From Pseudogymnoascus verrucosus (lineage: Eukaryota), in the NCBI GenBank assembly GCA_001662655.1, contig KV460238.1: a stretch of DNA of 64,000 nucleotides. One strand, 5' to 3'. The first letter of the stretch is position 1. Every line of letters starts with the position of its first letter. Below the pieces are notes generated by a model that had not been told where the DNA came from, ran no database searches, and was given only the letters and a program-made list of their open reading frames with translations. Made by a program: the position numbers and the translations under genes. Positions 62,524-64,000 of this stretch are shown in pieces.

Positions 62524-63891
62524 CTACGACTCCCGCGCGCCAACCATCGATTCTAGCTTCCCCGCCAAGACGCGGTGCTTCCTGATAACATCCACCCACT
62601 CCTCCGTGTCCTCGCCCTCCTCCTCCAGGAACGTGAGGATCATGCTGAAGTCCCCGCCCAGCCGGCCCAGACTGGCCGCGCAGTAGAGAACCTGCGTTAG
62701 TAAGCTGTCGCGCGTCGCGCGGTCCTGCACGTTCGGGAGGTACTTCTTGAGCGTATCGAGGAGCACGCCGACGAGGTGCAGCGGGAACGTCGACAGCGAC
62801 GACGGCAGGGGCTGGAGCATATCGCTGTCCCCCTTCCCCTTGCCTCCCACGCCCTCCACCTCGCCCTCCGCGGCCGCCGGGAAGATGCTCCGGAACATAG
62901 AAATGATAGCGAAGCTCTGCTCGCGGAAAATCTCAATATAGCGCTTTAGATAGCGTTCCGTTTGCTGACCCCCCGACCACGCGGTGCTCGGGTCCTTCTT
63001 CGTGGCGGACGAGGCGTTGTTTGATAGCTCTTGGTCTGCGAGTTCCCGTAGCGGCTCCAGCGCACCAAGCATGGCCATCAGGTTGGCGAGGCGGCAGACG
63101 AGGAAGAGGCCCCCGAGGCTGCCTTCGTGGCTGCTGCCTACTTCGGAGCCGGGTGTGTCGAGCTCGGGGGCGATGCGGCGCAGCCAGCTGATGGTGCGCA
63201 TTGCGGCTGCGAGCTTTAGACCTTGTGCTTTTAGACTTGATATTAGATTCGTTGTCATGGCTTGCATCTCTTCTTCTGCCTGTACTGTGACCGACGACAC
63301 CAATCGTGATTCCGGGTATAGTCCATGTAGTCGCCGGATGTGCGCATTTAGATCTAGCGCAGAGGCATAGTTGATTGTGGCAGATGAAGACGTATTGTTT
63401 GTCGAGCTAGTTGCGCCAGACGTAGATATCGCCGAGGAGAGGAGGGTGGGGAGCTCGAGGACATCACCCAGGCGGTCCGAATTGCGGGAGAGTAGTAAGG
63501 CCTTGCGCCGCCTGTCTAGGATGGCATTCTCTGTGTTCTTGTTGTAGGTTGTGGCGAACCGAAGCGCCTCTTCGTCTAGCTTTGGTATGGCATCCTGAAG
63601 CTTCGTTGTGCTCTCCGCTATAGCTGGGAGAGTAGTCTGTAGTGAGGAGAGGTGGTCGGAAGAGGCTATGACGGCCTTGTGCGACCGCGATGAGAGGGCT
63701 TGGAGAGATAGCAGCAGTGAGTGGGATGTTTGCGCCAGCGATTGGGGCTCCGTGTCACTGAGTGAGGATAACGGGAGGGTCGTGAGCCTGGTAAGGTAGG
63801 TGGATGTGATAGGGTCACTGGGCGCCCTCAAAGACGCAGACGAAGTCTGGCCAAGGTGAGGAGCCAAAAGCTCATAAAGAGAGTCAGACAT
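62524..63891 (-). CDS. COG8: Conserved oligomeric Golgi complex subunit 8 (Dor1 family)
   Basis: MSDSLYELL.P, YL.RLTTL.LSSL..TEP.SL, DVLELPTLL, LKLAAAMRTISWLRR, RYLKRYIEIFREQSFAIISM and LLTQVLYCAASLGRLGGDF. Confidence 0.9.
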   Translation of the reverse strand: MSDSLYELLAPHLGQTSSASLRAPSDPITSTYLTRLTTLPLSSLSDTEPQSLAQTSHSLLLSLQALSSRSHKAVIASSDHLSSLQTTLPAIAESTTKLQDAIPKLDEEALRFATTYNKNTENAILDRRRKALLLSRNSDRLGDVLELPTLLSSAISTSGATSSTNNTSSSATINYASALDLNAHIRRLHGLYPESRLVSSVTVQAEEEMQAMTTNLISSLKAQGLKLAAAMRTISWLRRIAPELDTPGSEVGSSHEGSLGGLFLVCRLANLMAMLGALEPLRELADQELSNNASSATKKDPSTAWSGGQQTERYLKRYIEIFREQSFAIISMFRSIFPAAAEGEVEGVGGKGKGDSDMLQPLPSSLSTFPLHLVGVLLDTLKKYLPNVQDRATRDSLLTQVLYCAASLGRLGGDFSMILTFLEEEGEDTEEWVDVIRKHRVLAGKLESMVGARES

Positions 63892-64000
63892 TGCCGTGGC
63901 ATGCAAGGGCCCAGACCAGCATCATATGAGCTTATTGGGCTTATTCAAAGAATATTATCACGAGGTAGCCTTGTGGAAGCAACGTGGAAAGGAAGGCTGT

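Overview
Eukaryotic DNA from a filamentous ascomycete, shown by short GT..AG introns with CTRAC-type branch points. Codon style suggests a Leotiomycete such as Pseudogymnoascus, which is an unverified inference. About 23 intron-containing or intronless protein genes can be supported: a radical-SAM lysine 2,3-aminomutase (KamA family) with an apparent mitochondrial presequence, a GRF zinc-finger protein, SDH1, a PX-domain (YPR097W/Lec1-like) protein, a coiled-coil/TM protein, CGR1, the mitochondrial ornithine carrier, TspO/MBR, ARS2/SERRATE, a ferric-reductase-family oxidoreductase, CCT4, RPT1, YOS9, pirin, an F-box-like protein, TAF3-like, a small hypothetical, PalC, a two-RRM protein, an Esc1/DevR-type bHLH factor, a KLAP1-like putative regulator, a 626-aa hypothetical and COG8. 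I found no rRNA, tRNA, CRISPR array or intact transposon. The most notable unexplained signals are: the KamA homologue; a palindrome-built 57-bp tandem array closed by 27-bp inverted ends (29.3 kb); a folded, weakly spliced intron 1 in ARS2; a strong C-rich-5'/G-rich-3' polarity inside many genes; clustered SreA-type ATCWGATAA sites ahead of the ornithine carrier; and two further hairpin/repeat elements (22.8 and 37.3 kb). Gene models and product calls were made by eye from motifs, without database searches.
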